Source of the DNA: a virus
Taxonomy: Duplodnaviria; Caudoviricetes
IMG/VR virus record: IMGVR_UViG_3300028897_000188
Span: 1-55,621 of that record
Length of the DNA: 55,621 nucleotides
Direction: 5' to 3' (one strand)
Shown here: one piece after another, positions 20,858 through 29,609 of the stretch
Position numbering within the stretch: position 1 is the first letter of the stretch
Layout: every line of letters starts with the position of its first letter
The notes under the pieces: model-generated
What the model saw: only the letters and a program-made list of their open reading frames with translations
Databases searched by the model: none
Told to the model about the DNA's origin: nothing
Translations under genes and position numbers: made by a program

Positions 20858-21201
20858 TAGTTATATACTTCTCCAGACCCTCCGCATGTAGGACATGGAC
20901 GGACACGTTTCGGAACCTCATCTATAAATCTGAAATTCCTGTATTCAAATGTCTTAGTAATTTCTTCTCCAAAAAGGGTTTCAAATTGTCTAGCAACCGT
21001 TTCGTTCTCTCTATGAAAATTCTCATTCTCTAAAACAAGATACCAAGCAATCAGCTTAATGCGCTCCTTCATGGTTTTTGAACGTCTGTTTATTTTTCCA
21101 GAATTACCTTTGAATTGCTCAAATCTGGAATAAGCTTTTCTAACTTCTTGTCTCAAATCCATTTGCCTTTCGTTTATTAAATACTTGTCTACTAAGCTCA
21201 T
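20857..21201 (-). CDS. Hypothetical protein with C-terminal CxxCxGxG
   Basis: Starts MSLVDKYLINE; ends CPTCGGSG. Confidence 0.6.
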   Translation of the reverse strand: MSLVDKYLINERQMDLRQEVRKAYSRFEQFKGNSGKINRRSKTMKERIKLIAWYLVLENENFHRENETVARQFETLFGEEITKTFEYRNFRFIDEVPKRVRPCPTCGGSGEVYN

Positions 21202-21210
21202 ATCTTCTCC

Positions 21211-21786
21211 TTATGTGAATTTGCTGTATACTTCTAATACGTCCTCAATCTTTGCTTTGTTTATCTCTACAATACTCTTGCCAGTATTGACGTTATCTCT
21301 GGTAGCTTTAATGCCGTATGTTCCAGTCTCATCTAATGACTTCCATATATGATCCCATGCTGTATAGTAATCTTGCTGTCTTTGATACTGCTCTCCTTCC
21401 GTTAAAGCCGCTCCAGCGGATACGGTAACTTGAGTAGTAGAAGGAATTGTAGCTGGAGGAGGAGTTGGATTAGGTATGGTTGTGGCTACTTCTTTTGTTA
21501 TTTCCCAATCGCTTAAATTCCCATCTACTCCGTAGTTTGCTCCCTTTGTTAATGTACATCCAGAAAGCGTTCCACATTTCCCTTCATTTTCTAAGTCAAT
21601 TAATAGTTGATCCAAGTAGTCATCTGAATCACTCTCAAGCCCTGCCAATACTACGTTTTCAATTGCTTCTCTTTGCTCCTGTAAGTCATCAGCAATAGCG
21701 GTAAGCTCCGTTATAGAGTCTCCCATTTGAGAAATTTGGTCTGGATACCCATCCACCATTTCTTGTAATTTTGTTACGTCACTCAT
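21211..21786 (-). CDS. Acidic coiled-coil protein, probably baseplate-tip associated
   Basis: ORF directly downstream of PAAR; Pro/Thr linker. Confidence 0.6.
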   Translation of the reverse strand: MSDVTKLQEMVDGYPDQISQMGDSITELTAIADDLQEQREAIENVVLAGLESDSDDYLDQLLIDLENEGKCGTLSGCTLTKGANYGVDGNLSDWEITKEVATTIPNPTPPPATIPSTTQVTVSAGAALTEGEQYQRQQDYYTAWDHIWKSLDETGTYGIKATRDNVNTGKSIVEINKAKIEDVLEVYSKFT

Positions 21787-21787
21787 T

Positions 21788-22096
21788 TTACCCTCCTGTA
21801 AACACGTTAGGGGAACCAGTTACTATGATCCCGAAAAAACATCCTGTGAAGTAATCAGTCAATCTTACTTCTGGTAAACCATTGGTAAACACGCTTCCAG
21901 AGCCAGTCACCATTATCCCTGTATGTCCACACCCACCTAATACCACATCCGTTAGTCTTGCAGATGGTAGTGAATTTGCAAACACATTAGGTGAACCAGT
22001 TACTATGATTCCAGACATCCCTATGCAAGTAGGTGAGCTATGACAGCAACAAGTTCCTACTCCCACATCCGTTAATCTACCATGAGGTAATCCCAT
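21788..22096 (-). CDS. PAAR spike-tip protein (gp5.4-like)
   Basis: Three PxxRLTD and IVTGSPNVF-type repeats with Cys/His ligands; start moved to ATG 22096. Confidence 0.9.
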   Translation of the reverse strand: MGLPHGRLTDVGVGTCCCHSSPTCIGMSGIIVTGSPNVFANSLPSARLTDVVLGGCGHTGIMVTGSGSVFTNGLPEVRLTDYFTGCFFGIIVTGSPNVFTGG

Positions 22097-22097
22097 A

Positions 22098-22811
22098 TTA
22101 AAACCTATTCTGAGGAAGAAAATCAGTAACATTAGATGCTAGTGATTTCTCCATGTTCTCTTTAGCCGCATTAACTGTACTATCTGTTTGTGTTTTGTAA
22201 ATATCCAAGTTCTGTTTCAATCCTGAATCAAGACCTTCCGTTAATTTGTCAAAATCGAAATTTCCGCTGGCATCAATTGGTAGATCATCTATGACTTGAT
22301 CTATTCTATCATTCATATCATCCATTTGATCAGCCCATGTTGCGGCATCTTTTGAGCTAAGAATACAGGTTTGATTTCTTTCTATTGCATCTAGTAATCT
22401 GTTCAAGCTATATCTTTCAAACTGAGATATTAAATCTGATAAACTACTACATAAAAATCTTTCTGCTACTGAAAGAGCGGCTAAAGCCACACCAGCCGTG
22501 TCTCTTTCTATGTTTTTTATTTTTCTATTTAATTCTCCTCTAATCTTATTGAGACAATCTTGAATGAAATCTGGTAACTGTGGAATTTGACTATCATCAC
22601 ATCCAAAAGTAGTAGTAGTCATATTATTTACTACATCTTGAGCCATATCAAATGGATCTGTAAGAAGACCTGTATCAAAATCAAAAGCGTCATTTATCCA
22701 ATCTTGAACTTGAGTTTCTAAAGTATCCCTATATGACTCCAATGCGGCTACATCTGATTCTAAAGATCTTATAGCCGAATCTGTACATCTTCTGGTCGAT
22801 GGTGTTGCCAT
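22098..22811 (-). CDS. Hypothetical helical protein between spike and PAAR
   Basis: 237-aa ORF with SD. Confidence 0.65.
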   Translation of the reverse strand: MATPSTRRCTDSAIRSLESDVAALESYRDTLETQVQDWINDAFDFDTGLLTDPFDMAQDVVNNMTTTTFGCDDSQIPQLPDFIQDCLNKIRGELNRKIKNIERDTAGVALAALSVAERFLCSSLSDLISQFERYSLNRLLDAIERNQTCILSSKDAATWADQMDDMNDRIDQVIDDLPIDASGNFDFDKLTEGLDSGLKQNLDIYKTQTDSTVNAAKENMEKSLASNVTDFLPQNRF

Positions 22812-22822
22812 ATACTTCTCCT

Positions 22823-23146
22823 TTAATTCAAATTAATCCTTGGTGCTGTTACGTTTACTTCTGTGGATGAAGTAATATTAGCCTTTCCTGTTACTATTAT
22901 ATTAAGCTCTCCAGATACGGTATCTGACTCATCCCCACCTATTTGAGTTGTCCTGTCTCCGTCAACCTTTCTTTCTTCGTTTTCATTAATTTCTGTTTGT
23001 TTATTTCCCTTGACTTTATACCTTTCATCTGCTTCTACGGTTACGTAATTGTCTTGATTAATATGGACATATTTATTCTCTATGACTATCTCATATTTGT
23101 CTGACTGGTTACGGATTACCATTACTCCGTTATTATCAATTTCCAT
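22823..23146 (-). CDS. Baseplate spike gp5 C-terminal beta-helix fragment
   Basis: 8-residue VxGxxxxx repeats, ends APRINLN. Confidence 0.75.
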   Translation of the reverse strand: MEIDNNGVMVIRNQSDKYEIVIENKYVHINQDNYVTVEADERYKVKGNKQTEINENEERKVDGDRTTQIGGDESDTVSGELNIIVTGKANITSSTEVNVTAPRINLN

Positions 23147-23796
23147 GTAGGTATTGAGTCAATCTCTACTGCCAGTCCACCATGAGTTACCAATACAAAA
23201 TTATGAGGATACTTAGCGGCATAAGCTGGACTAGGCTCATCCCAACTTCCTCCGTAAGCTACCTGTATTGCTTGATCAAGATTTTCCTCTTTAGAAGTAA
23301 CTAGTGTTTGATCTTTTACTCCTCTAGCTAATCTATGTACATCTGGTTCTCCTAGCCTGTTATCAGTAGGATATCTTCCGTCTGGATCTCTAAACCCTTC
23401 TTTTTTTGAAGAAGCTTCTGGTTTAGTAACCATTGTCTTCTTCAAGGAATTTTTGCTCTCTGGAATCCCAGGCATGGAAGCAAAATATCTAGGTTGTGAT
23501 GGATTTCCATTTTCAAAAAATAACATAACATGAGAACCTTGTAGTGGAATTCCCCAAACTCCGAAACCGCTTATAGATCCTTCTGTTATAGGTAAACAAG
23601 GCTCGGCCCAAGGAAGCTCTTCTGTGGGTATTCCGTCTGTCTCTGTTTTGAATTTTTTTTCTGTATGAAGACCGAATACTCTAACCCTTACACGTCCTGC
23701 TTTTTTAGGATCTTTATTATCCTCTACAACTCCTCTAAAAAACCCTATTAGCCTATCAGTTTCAGCTTGTAAATCACTAGGAGCATTTTTTAACAT
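23122..23796 (-). CDS. Baseplate spike gp5/VgrG N-terminal OB-fold fragment
   Basis: GVVEDNKDP...GRVRVRVFGLH...LPWA...GSHVMLFFENG; AKYPHN. Confidence 0.88.
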   Translation of the reverse strand: MLKNAPSDLQAETDRLIGFFRGVVEDNKDPKKAGRVRVRVFGLHTEKKFKTETDGIPTEELPWAEPCLPITEGSISGFGVWGIPLQGSHVMLFFENGNPSQPRYFASMPGIPESKNSLKKTMVTKPEASSKKEGFRDPDGRYPTDNRLGEPDVHRLARGVKDQTLVTSKEENLDQAIQVAYGGSWDEPSPAYAAKYPHNFVLVTHGGLAVEIDSIPTWKLIITE

Positions 23797-23798
23797 GA

Positions 23799-25154
23799 TT
23801 AATTCCTTCTAATTATATTTGGTTGAGTTTTTTGACTATATAAATTTGTAACTTCCGCATCATACAACATTTTTGTTTTGCTATTATGATAAGCGTTTTT
23901 TATACAAACAAGTCTTTGTTTATATGGATATGTTTGTCCAGCCTTAAAACTATGAGTGACGGATTTTATCATATACTTTCCCATCAAAGCATCATTCATT
24001 TTTTCGGCTCCTTGAATTCCAGGCCACTCAAGCTCTATATGTTGTCCAGCATGTCTTTTCTCATCTCCCTCTACTACAAGATTCATAATGAACTGCATGT
24101 TGTAGCGTTTAGACCAATCATTAAAAGCAATATCAGAAAGCGTTTCGGTATTATTATCACCAACTATTAAACTGGATGAGCTAACATCATTCATTTTAGT
24201 ATATAATGTTTTTCTACCTAACATTACATTTTTACTCACTCCATCAGAATATCTATATCCTGTTTGAAGAAGGGATTTTGTATTGAAGTCATATCCTCTC
24301 CATTTCCCTCCCCTCAATACTGGATTAGATGTTCTGTCTAATCCACTAATCCACCACTCCAGAATTTTATTTGATTCTGATATATTAGAACCTTGAAACC
24401 TATATGGTTTTTTATCTAGTGTCTTATCCACATCCAATAACAAGTAATTCAATGATACAGCATTAGTGGTTAAGCCGTTTACTGTATTATTAAAAACAAG
24501 ATATCCACTTGTGCCACTACGTCTTCCCTTTGCTCTTCTACATAAATAATTTAAAGCTGTTTTTGGTATCCAATAAGGAATTATAAAATCCGTCTTGTTA
24601 CTTGATTCTTCTACTTTCAAAGGAAACCCACCATCTTGTACAAACACCATGTAGTTAAGTATATCAGAAATTATTTTTGAATATCTCTCATTCTGCCAAC
24701 TTCTACTGTATCTTCTCAAAGATAGAGCGGCATAAAATGGATCTACAAATTGTATCTCCATAATCTGTTCATTGCTTTCCCGAATACCAGAACCAGCTTG
24801 TGAAATTCTGTTTATCTTCCAAATATCAAAGACCATATTTTTATCAGACTCCCCTCTACCATAAATCAAAGCTATTTTTTCTTGTCCAGTAAAGGGGCCA
24901 TTTTCAAAAAAATTATATCTATCATTGAAGATTATTTTACCAACCATACAAAAGCTATAGATATCTTCTACAAAATATAATTCGTAAATATCTTCATTCT
25001 GCATAACAACATTTCCAATTTCGGTAAGTAATACTACCGCATAAACACCTTTAGTAAGAGCCACTTGTCCTTTACTTCCAACATCTCTTACTACTTTTTT
25101 TCTTCCTTCATTGTCGGTTACTGGGCCGAGATTTGTTTTTATTTGATCTGCCAT
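23799..25154 (-). CDS. Baseplate hub/tail protein (gp27/late-control-D-like)
   Basis: Position between gp53 and gp5; VEDIYS..GKI, FIIPYWIP, GKYMIKSVTHSF. Confidence 0.7.
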   Translation of the reverse strand: MADQIKTNLGPVTDNEGRKKVVRDVGSKGQVALTKGVYAVVLLTEIGNVVMQNEDIYELYFVEDIYSFCMVGKIIFNDRYNFFENGPFTGQEKIALIYGRGESDKNMVFDIWKINRISQAGSGIRESNEQIMEIQFVDPFYAALSLRRYSRSWQNERYSKIISDILNYMVFVQDGGFPLKVEESSNKTDFIIPYWIPKTALNYLCRRAKGRRSGTSGYLVFNNTVNGLTTNAVSLNYLLLDVDKTLDKKPYRFQGSNISESNKILEWWISGLDRTSNPVLRGGKWRGYDFNTKSLLQTGYRYSDGVSKNVMLGRKTLYTKMNDVSSSSLIVGDNNTETLSDIAFNDWSKRYNMQFIMNLVVEGDEKRHAGQHIELEWPGIQGAEKMNDALMGKYMIKSVTHSFKAGQTYPYKQRLVCIKNAYHNSKTKMLYDAEVTNLYSQKTQPNIIRRN

Positions 25155-25546
25155 TATGCTTTTTGCTCTGCTATTCTTTCAAGATCTTTAACTAGTGTAT
25201 AAACGTAATCTTGTCTTAAAACCTTCAAAATTTGACCATCCTCTAATTCCTCAAATGGATTTACTATATTATTTAATATTGCCAATATCCACCAAATGTA
25301 TTGATTTTCATAAAGGTTCCAAGAAATGTTATCCCAAAATTCTCCATTAGCTACTTCATAAGTATTGTAGAAAGCTGTCTCTGTAAATACCTCATCATTT
25401 AAGATATAGCTTCTAAAGATATTCATAAACTTTGTTTCTCTATCTTCGTCCAGCAAGATATTGAACAATCTCATAAAGCTAAAATTGTTTATCTGTTTGC
25501 CTGTTAATTCAGCAAAGTTCTCTTCTGTATATTCTGTTACAGCCAT
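25154..25546 (-). CDS. Baseplate wedge gp53-like LysM protein
   Basis: YEVANGEFWDNISWNLY...WWILAILNNIVNPF...GQILKV. Confidence 0.85.
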   Translation of the reverse strand: MAVTEYTEENFAELTGKQINNFSFMRLFNILLDEDRETKFMNIFRSYILNDEVFTETAFYNTYEVANGEFWDNISWNLYENQYIWWILAILNNIVNPFEELEDGQILKVLRQDYVYTLVKDLERIAEQKA

Positions 25547-25923
25547 TAGATATTCTCCATGCCTTTCTTAATCCCTTCGTCAATATCTGGAGTCAATACT
25601 CCTTCTGCCGCCAGCACTTCTCTGGCAAACTGTAGATTATGAATTCTGGATCTCCTTGATAGCTCTGGTTTACTTCCGTAACGAATAGCTTGGTGGTAGT
25701 TAGCTTGACCAGTAAAATAAGTCATTACACCGTCCTCTGATTCTGTCATTTGAATACCAGTATCTTCCTCATCCCTGATTAACATCTTCTCCATTTTCTT
25801 CTTATTTTTGCCTTGCTCTGTATCGGATTTATCAAGAGCCTTTTTAAAGACGTTATCAATTGTCTCTACTTCTTTGTATTTTGCTTTTTTTTGCAAATAC
25901 TTATCCATTTTATCACTTGCCAT
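25546..25923 (-). CDS. Hypothetical late protein
   Basis: 125-aa ORF with GGAGG SD. Confidence 0.65.
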   Translation of the reverse strand: MASDKMDKYLQKKAKYKEVETIDNVFKKALDKSDTEQGKNKKKMEKMLIRDEEDTGIQMTESEDGVMTYFTGQANYHQAIRYGSKPELSRRSRIHNLQFAREVLAAEGVLTPDIDEGIKKGMENI

Positions 25924-26020
25924 TTGACTTACCCTCCTTCAAGATTTGTTTACTCTTTTTGCGCTTGCAGTTCTTTGGTTTTATTTGACTCTTCCGCTTG
26001 AGTCTCCAGTTAGGTTTCAA
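25913..26020 (-). CDS. Small basic protein (35 aa, TTG start)
   Basis: GGAGG SD; MKPNWRLKRKSQIKPKNCKRKKS...; first ORF after the late promoter. Confidence 0.45.
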   Translation of the reverse strand: MKPNWRLKRKSQIKPKNCKRKKSKQILKEGKSNGK

Positions 26021-26057
26021 ATAAACACTCCTCCAAGAGTACAATCCTACTAATTAT

Positions 26058-26065
26058 TATTTATA
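26058..26065 (-). promoter_or_regulatory. T4-type late promoter TATAAATA
   Basis: Exact consensus at the head of the structural block, just after a terminator. Confidence 0.75.
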
Positions 26066-26102
26066 TATTTTTTGATCGGAATTTCTAAAAAAGGTAGGTA
26101 GA

Positions 26103-26141
26103 TATAAAAAAAAGTGGCAGAGGATCTCTCCCCTGCCACTT
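26103..26141 (-). terminator. Intrinsic terminator
   Basis: AAGTGGCAG/CTGCCACTT stem followed by a T-run on the minus strand. Confidence 0.8.
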
Positions 26142-26340
26142 GCAACGAAAGGAGGTGATACTTTGAGGTGTCCAATCTCAAAGCAACACATGAAAACAAC
26201 AACCTTGCCCCAAAAACAAGGTTATTGAAGAACTAGTCATTTTTTCTTCCGAAAAACTGGACTGGCATCCAGAAATGACTAGGGTTGACCTAGCGGCTCA
26301 AACTAGGTCGGGTCGGGCATCTCACAACAACAACGGAGGA
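26142..26340 (-). ncRNA. Candidate structured 3'-UTR sRNA
   Basis: Four hairpins with GU-rich linkers and two anti-SD motifs between a stop codon and a terminator. Confidence 0.4.
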
Positions 26341-26493
26341 TTATTCTTTAGTAGAAAAAAGATCAGATGGTTGACCGCTTGAAAACAGATCTTGCGGATT
26401 CCCAGTATCAAACAACTCTCCTTCTTCTACAGGAGCTTGAACTTCGTCTGGATCAATAACGAATTCATCTATGTCAAAAAAATCTCCATCCAT
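26341..26493 (-). CDS. Small acidic protein (50 aa) with three (D/E)LF repeats
   Basis: AAGGAG SD; MDGDFFDIDEF...GELFDTGNPQDLFSSGQPSDLFSTKE; has its own promoter. Confidence 0.7.
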   Translation of the reverse strand: MDGDFFDIDEFVIDPDEVQAPVEEGELFDTGNPQDLFSSGQPSDLFSTKE

Positions 26494-26531
26494 GATTTAA
26501 CTCCTTTGGTTAAAATTGTGATTATATATAA

Positions 26532-26560
26532 TACTTATCACAAGTTAATACAAATGTCAA
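26532..26560 (-). promoter_or_regulatory. Sigma70-like promoter with atypical -10
   Basis: TTGACA-17 nt-TAAGTA. Confidence 0.5.
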
Positions 26561-26862
26561 GCAATATTTTTCATCCATTGCTTTTTAATTTTACGATTCT
26601 TCCATGATATGCGAGTACTTACATCTCCCCTTTGATAGTCATCCCATGCATCAGGAAGATTTTTAGGACTTCTTTTCAGTCTGCCGTAAACGCTTGACCA
26701 TAGACGTTTTTCTTGAGTGCTCTTTGGGAACTTATACCAGTTGCGGAACCTGTAATGACGCTTGCTGACAGTCGGTACAGGATCTACACGAAAACGAAAA
26801 TGAACATTCCCACAAAACCTTGTATGCCAAGGTCTTACAAAGAGTCTATCTCCGTATTCCAT
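26557..26862 (-). CDS. Basic hypothetical protein
   Basis: RLKRSPKNLPDAWDD...SWK...KQW; start moved to ATG 26862 after GGAGG. Confidence 0.7.
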   Translation of the reverse strand: MEYGDRLFVRPWHTRFCGNVHFRFRVDPVPTVSKRHYRFRNWYKFPKSTQEKRLWSSVYGRLKRSPKNLPDAWDDYQRGDVSTRISWKNRKIKKQWMKNIA

Positions 26863-26863
26863 A

Positions 26864-26918
26864 ATGACCTCCACTAAGTTGAATTTACTTAGTGAATGTC
26901 ATAATCAAATTTCAGCAT
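26864..26918 (-). promoter_or_regulatory. 9-aa leader ORF (26918-26889, MLKFDYDIH) overlapping an SD-sequestering hairpin
   Basis: ATGACATTCACTAAGT/ACTTAGTGGAGGTCAT stem contains the downstream GGAGG. Confidence 0.6.
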
Positions 26919-26944
26919 AAGATCCTCCATTTCAATATATATCC

Positions 26945-26973
26945 ATCATACCACAACCGATTTCAAATGTCAA
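26945..26973 (-). promoter_or_regulatory. Sigma70 promoter
   Basis: TTGACA-17 nt-TATGAT with TG extension. Confidence 0.75.
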
Positions 26974-27650
26974 GCTTTTTTTGCATCGTCCAAAATCGGC
27001 TGTACAAAATCCTCAAATACACGCTTATACTTAATAACATAATCTTGCTGTGATCCAGCGGAGATGTCATCCTTAGTGCTTTTAGCAACAAAGCTAGCGT
27101 CTGGTACTGGTACTCCTACATAACCCATTCTAAAGGCTTTGAGAAGGAACGCATAATCCAGTAACCGTTTATATTTATCATCTGTTACCAGACCCACCTT
27201 TTCAATTACATCTGATCTAAACATTGAATTTGAACTTATGTAGTTAGCCTGTAATAGCCTGTTTATATCAAATGGATCGGCAGGAAATTTCTGGTTCACA
27301 TGTCCTTTAAATTCAAAGGATGCATAAGCATATCCTACTCTATCAAACTCCTTGAACTTCTTGAGCTTCGCTACCATCTTGTCAATCATTCCTCTTCCTA
27401 AAACAATATCTCTATCTATCATAAGATAGAACGGAGGAAGTTTCTTGAAGCTCTTGTACCACTTTATGGCTTCCAATGCATTAGTAGGAATGTTGTTATT
27501 TCCGTAACTCTTGACCCATGTATATTTAGTTTTATTTCTCTTTATGGAAATTTTTGTATCCCTGCTTACCTCATGCTCTGGAAGCAACGGAGTGACAACT
27601 AGTACTTCTGGATCTCTGCACTCATTTACTACACATATCTTGTTTTGCAT
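26970..27650 (-). CDS. GT-A fold (GT2-like) glycosyltransferase
   Basis: VLVVTP, YLMIDRD (DxD), NYISSNSMFR, LLDYAFLL. Confidence 0.7.
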   Translation of the reverse strand: MQNKICVVNECRDPEVLVVTPLLPEHEVSRDTKISIKRNKTKYTWVKSYGNNNIPTNALEAIKWYKSFKKLPPFYLMIDRDIVLGRGMIDKMVAKLKKFKEFDRVGYAYASFEFKGHVNQKFPADPFDINRLLQANYISSNSMFRSDVIEKVGLVTDDKYKRLLDYAFLLKAFRMGYVGVPVPDASFVAKSTKDDISAGSQQDYVIKYKRVFEDFVQPILDDAKKA

Positions 27651-27767
27651 TTGATCTCCTACAACATATTTATTGTTAATGCGCTATTAAGCCAATAGCA
27701 AAAACAATCGTAAAACTCAAAAGAAACAGAGCTATATGAAAATAAACTTTCACTAAAATCACTCCTT

Positions 27768-28934
27768 TCAACGATTGTTGAAAATTATCTTAGGCTCTAC
27801 TACAGCTTCTAAAGGAAAAAGCTCATCCTTCATTGGTAGTAAAACTTTAAACATGTATTCGATTTCTTCTTCAATCGTCCTTGTAGGTTTATAATTCAGA
27901 TTTCTAAGTTTGTCAGTAACATAATGGTAGTAATGTTCTCCTGTATATTCTACCCTTGGTGTCTCTATGTTACTCTCTTGAACTTCGATACCAAAGTTTT
28001 TAGAAACCTTGCCTACCATGTTTGCAACATCATTCATGGAGTGCCATTCGCTTAACTGATTCCACACTTGAACACTCCCTGCCATAGCTGGATTGTTTAC
28101 TGCTATCATTAAGGCTTGAACGCTATCATTGAGACTTAAAAATCCTCTTTGATGGTTTCCTTCTCCGTATATAGTCAAAGGAATTCCCAATACAGCTTGC
28201 ATGACAAACCTGTTAATAACCGTTCCTCCAGCTTCGTCTGTATCCAATCTGCTATAGATTTTATGCTTATCAATCTCATCCGTATAGATACCAAACACAA
28301 TAGATTGCTGGACATCCGTACACCTTAGATCCCAAGCTCTTGCAAGGTAATCAATCAAATAGGTAGAAGCAGTTTTACTACAATGGTAGATGCTCCCTGG
28401 TCTACGTGGATAAATCATCTCATTGCTTTTTCTACCCTTATGCTCGACTGTGAAATATCCCTCTTCAATATCAATATTGGAATAATGGTCATACTCTCCT
28501 GTAGTACCAATAGTGATATAATGACACTCTGGAGTATATTTCTTTATAGTCCATAAAAGATTATTGGTTCCAAGATAATTATTTGATAACACCATTTCAG
28601 CATTTTTTCTCGACTTCATGCTGTATGGGCCAGAAGGATTATGAGCAAGATTAATTACTACATCTGGCTTAAAATCCTCAAACATGTTCTTTAAAATTTC
28701 TGGTTCACACTCAATGTCTATTTCCTCAAAACAAAATGTACCATCGTACATATCATTAAACAGAATAGCTTTATCGTTCATGTCTAAAAGAGGAGTAGCA
28801 GACATGCTACCCATTCCCTCTATCCATTCTCTTCTCCAGAAGTTATCGAAACCGATTACTTCTCTACCTTCTGCTAACAATCTTTGAGTCAAAGCATTTC
28901 CGATATAACCATCACAACCGAATACGAAAATCAT
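27768..28934 (-). CDS. sqdB: UDP-sulfoquinovose synthase-like extended SDR
   Basis: GCDGYIG, DNFWRR, PYSM, GTTGEY, NIDIEEGY, YHCSK, NRFVMQAVLGIPLTIYG and PRVE...HYY are collinear with SqdB/SQD1. Confidence 0.88.
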   Translation of the reverse strand: MIFVFGCDGYIGNALTQRLLAEGREVIGFDNFWRREWIEGMGSMSATPLLDMNDKAILFNDMYDGTFCFEEIDIECEPEILKNMFEDFKPDVVINLAHNPSGPYSMKSRKNAEMVLSNNYLGTNNLLWTIKKYTPECHYITIGTTGEYDHYSNIDIEEGYFTVEHKGRKSNEMIYPRRPGSIYHCSKTASTYLIDYLARAWDLRCTDVQQSIVFGIYTDEIDKHKIYSRLDTDEAGGTVINRFVMQAVLGIPLTIYGEGNHQRGFLSLNDSVQALMIAVNNPAMAGSVQVWNQLSEWHSMNDVANMVGKVSKNFGIEVQESNIETPRVEYTGEHYYHYVTDKLRNLNYKPTRTIEEEIEYMFKVLLPMKDELFPLEAVVEPKIIFNNR

Positions 28935-29040
28935 AACACAACCTCCTCAATGGTGCTTTAAAGTAACATATAAACCCTTAATGTTGCTTTTAAGTGACAT
29001 TAACTAGCAAAAATGGGCTTAATGTTAGGAAAAAGCGACA

Positions 29041-29193
29041 TTATACTTTGAACTCTTCCTCCTCTATGAATTCTTTCTTCTCTTCTTCTTTCTCCTTTTC
29101 TTTTTCTTTTGGTTTAGGAGACAGAGTACCAGGCCAACAAACCTCTCCGTCACCACTCCACTCCATTTGGAATGGTTTAGCATGTATAATCAT
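29041..29193 (-). CDS. Small protein (50 aa) ending EFIEEEEFKV
   Basis: ATGA overlap with upstream gene; below ORF-track cutoff. Confidence 0.55.
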   Translation of the reverse strand: MIIHAKPFQMEWSGDGEVCWPGTLSPKPKEKEKEKEEEKKEFIEEEEFKV

Positions 29194-29609
29194 CTTTCTG
29201 CTCCTTTTGGTATTGGTGATATTTGAACAATTAATTTTTCACAAGTAGATAAATCAGCATTTGAATGATAGAAAATACAAACATCTATAACATAATAATA
29301 AACAGTTCCATTATCTTTATCTCCAAGTGAGGAAATACTAACACCGTAAAAATCCTCTGAATACCCATGCTTCTTAATTATATTTCCAATCTTATCTGCT
29401 CTATTGTCTTTTTGTGGATTCCATGTTATCCAATTGACAGAATTAACATAATCTTGTACTGAGTCCAATACATAATTGACTAGTAGTTCTTCTTGCTTTA
29501 CTTTAGGATTTTTAAATGGATCAGGAGTTTGTTGTGTAGCGGCAAAACAGGATAAACTAAAAATCATACAACACAATAAGCTAAAAATCGTCCATTTTAA
29601 TTTTCTCAT
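29190..29609 (-). CDS. Exported hypothetical protein
   Basis: Signal-peptide-like N-terminus. Confidence 0.6.
   Translation of the reverse strand: MRKLKWTIFSLLCCMIFSLSCFAATQQTPDPFKNPKVKQEELLVNYVLDSVQDYVNSVNWITWNPQKDNRADKIGNIIKKHGYSEDFYGVSISSLGDKDNGTVYYYVIDVCIFYHSNADLSTCEKLIVQISPIPKGAER

Noticed and set aside
28940-29040. Operator repeats (ATGTYRCTT x3) upstream of sqdB
   Set aside because: Short, degenerate and irregularly spaced in AT-rich DNA; cannot be distinguished from chance
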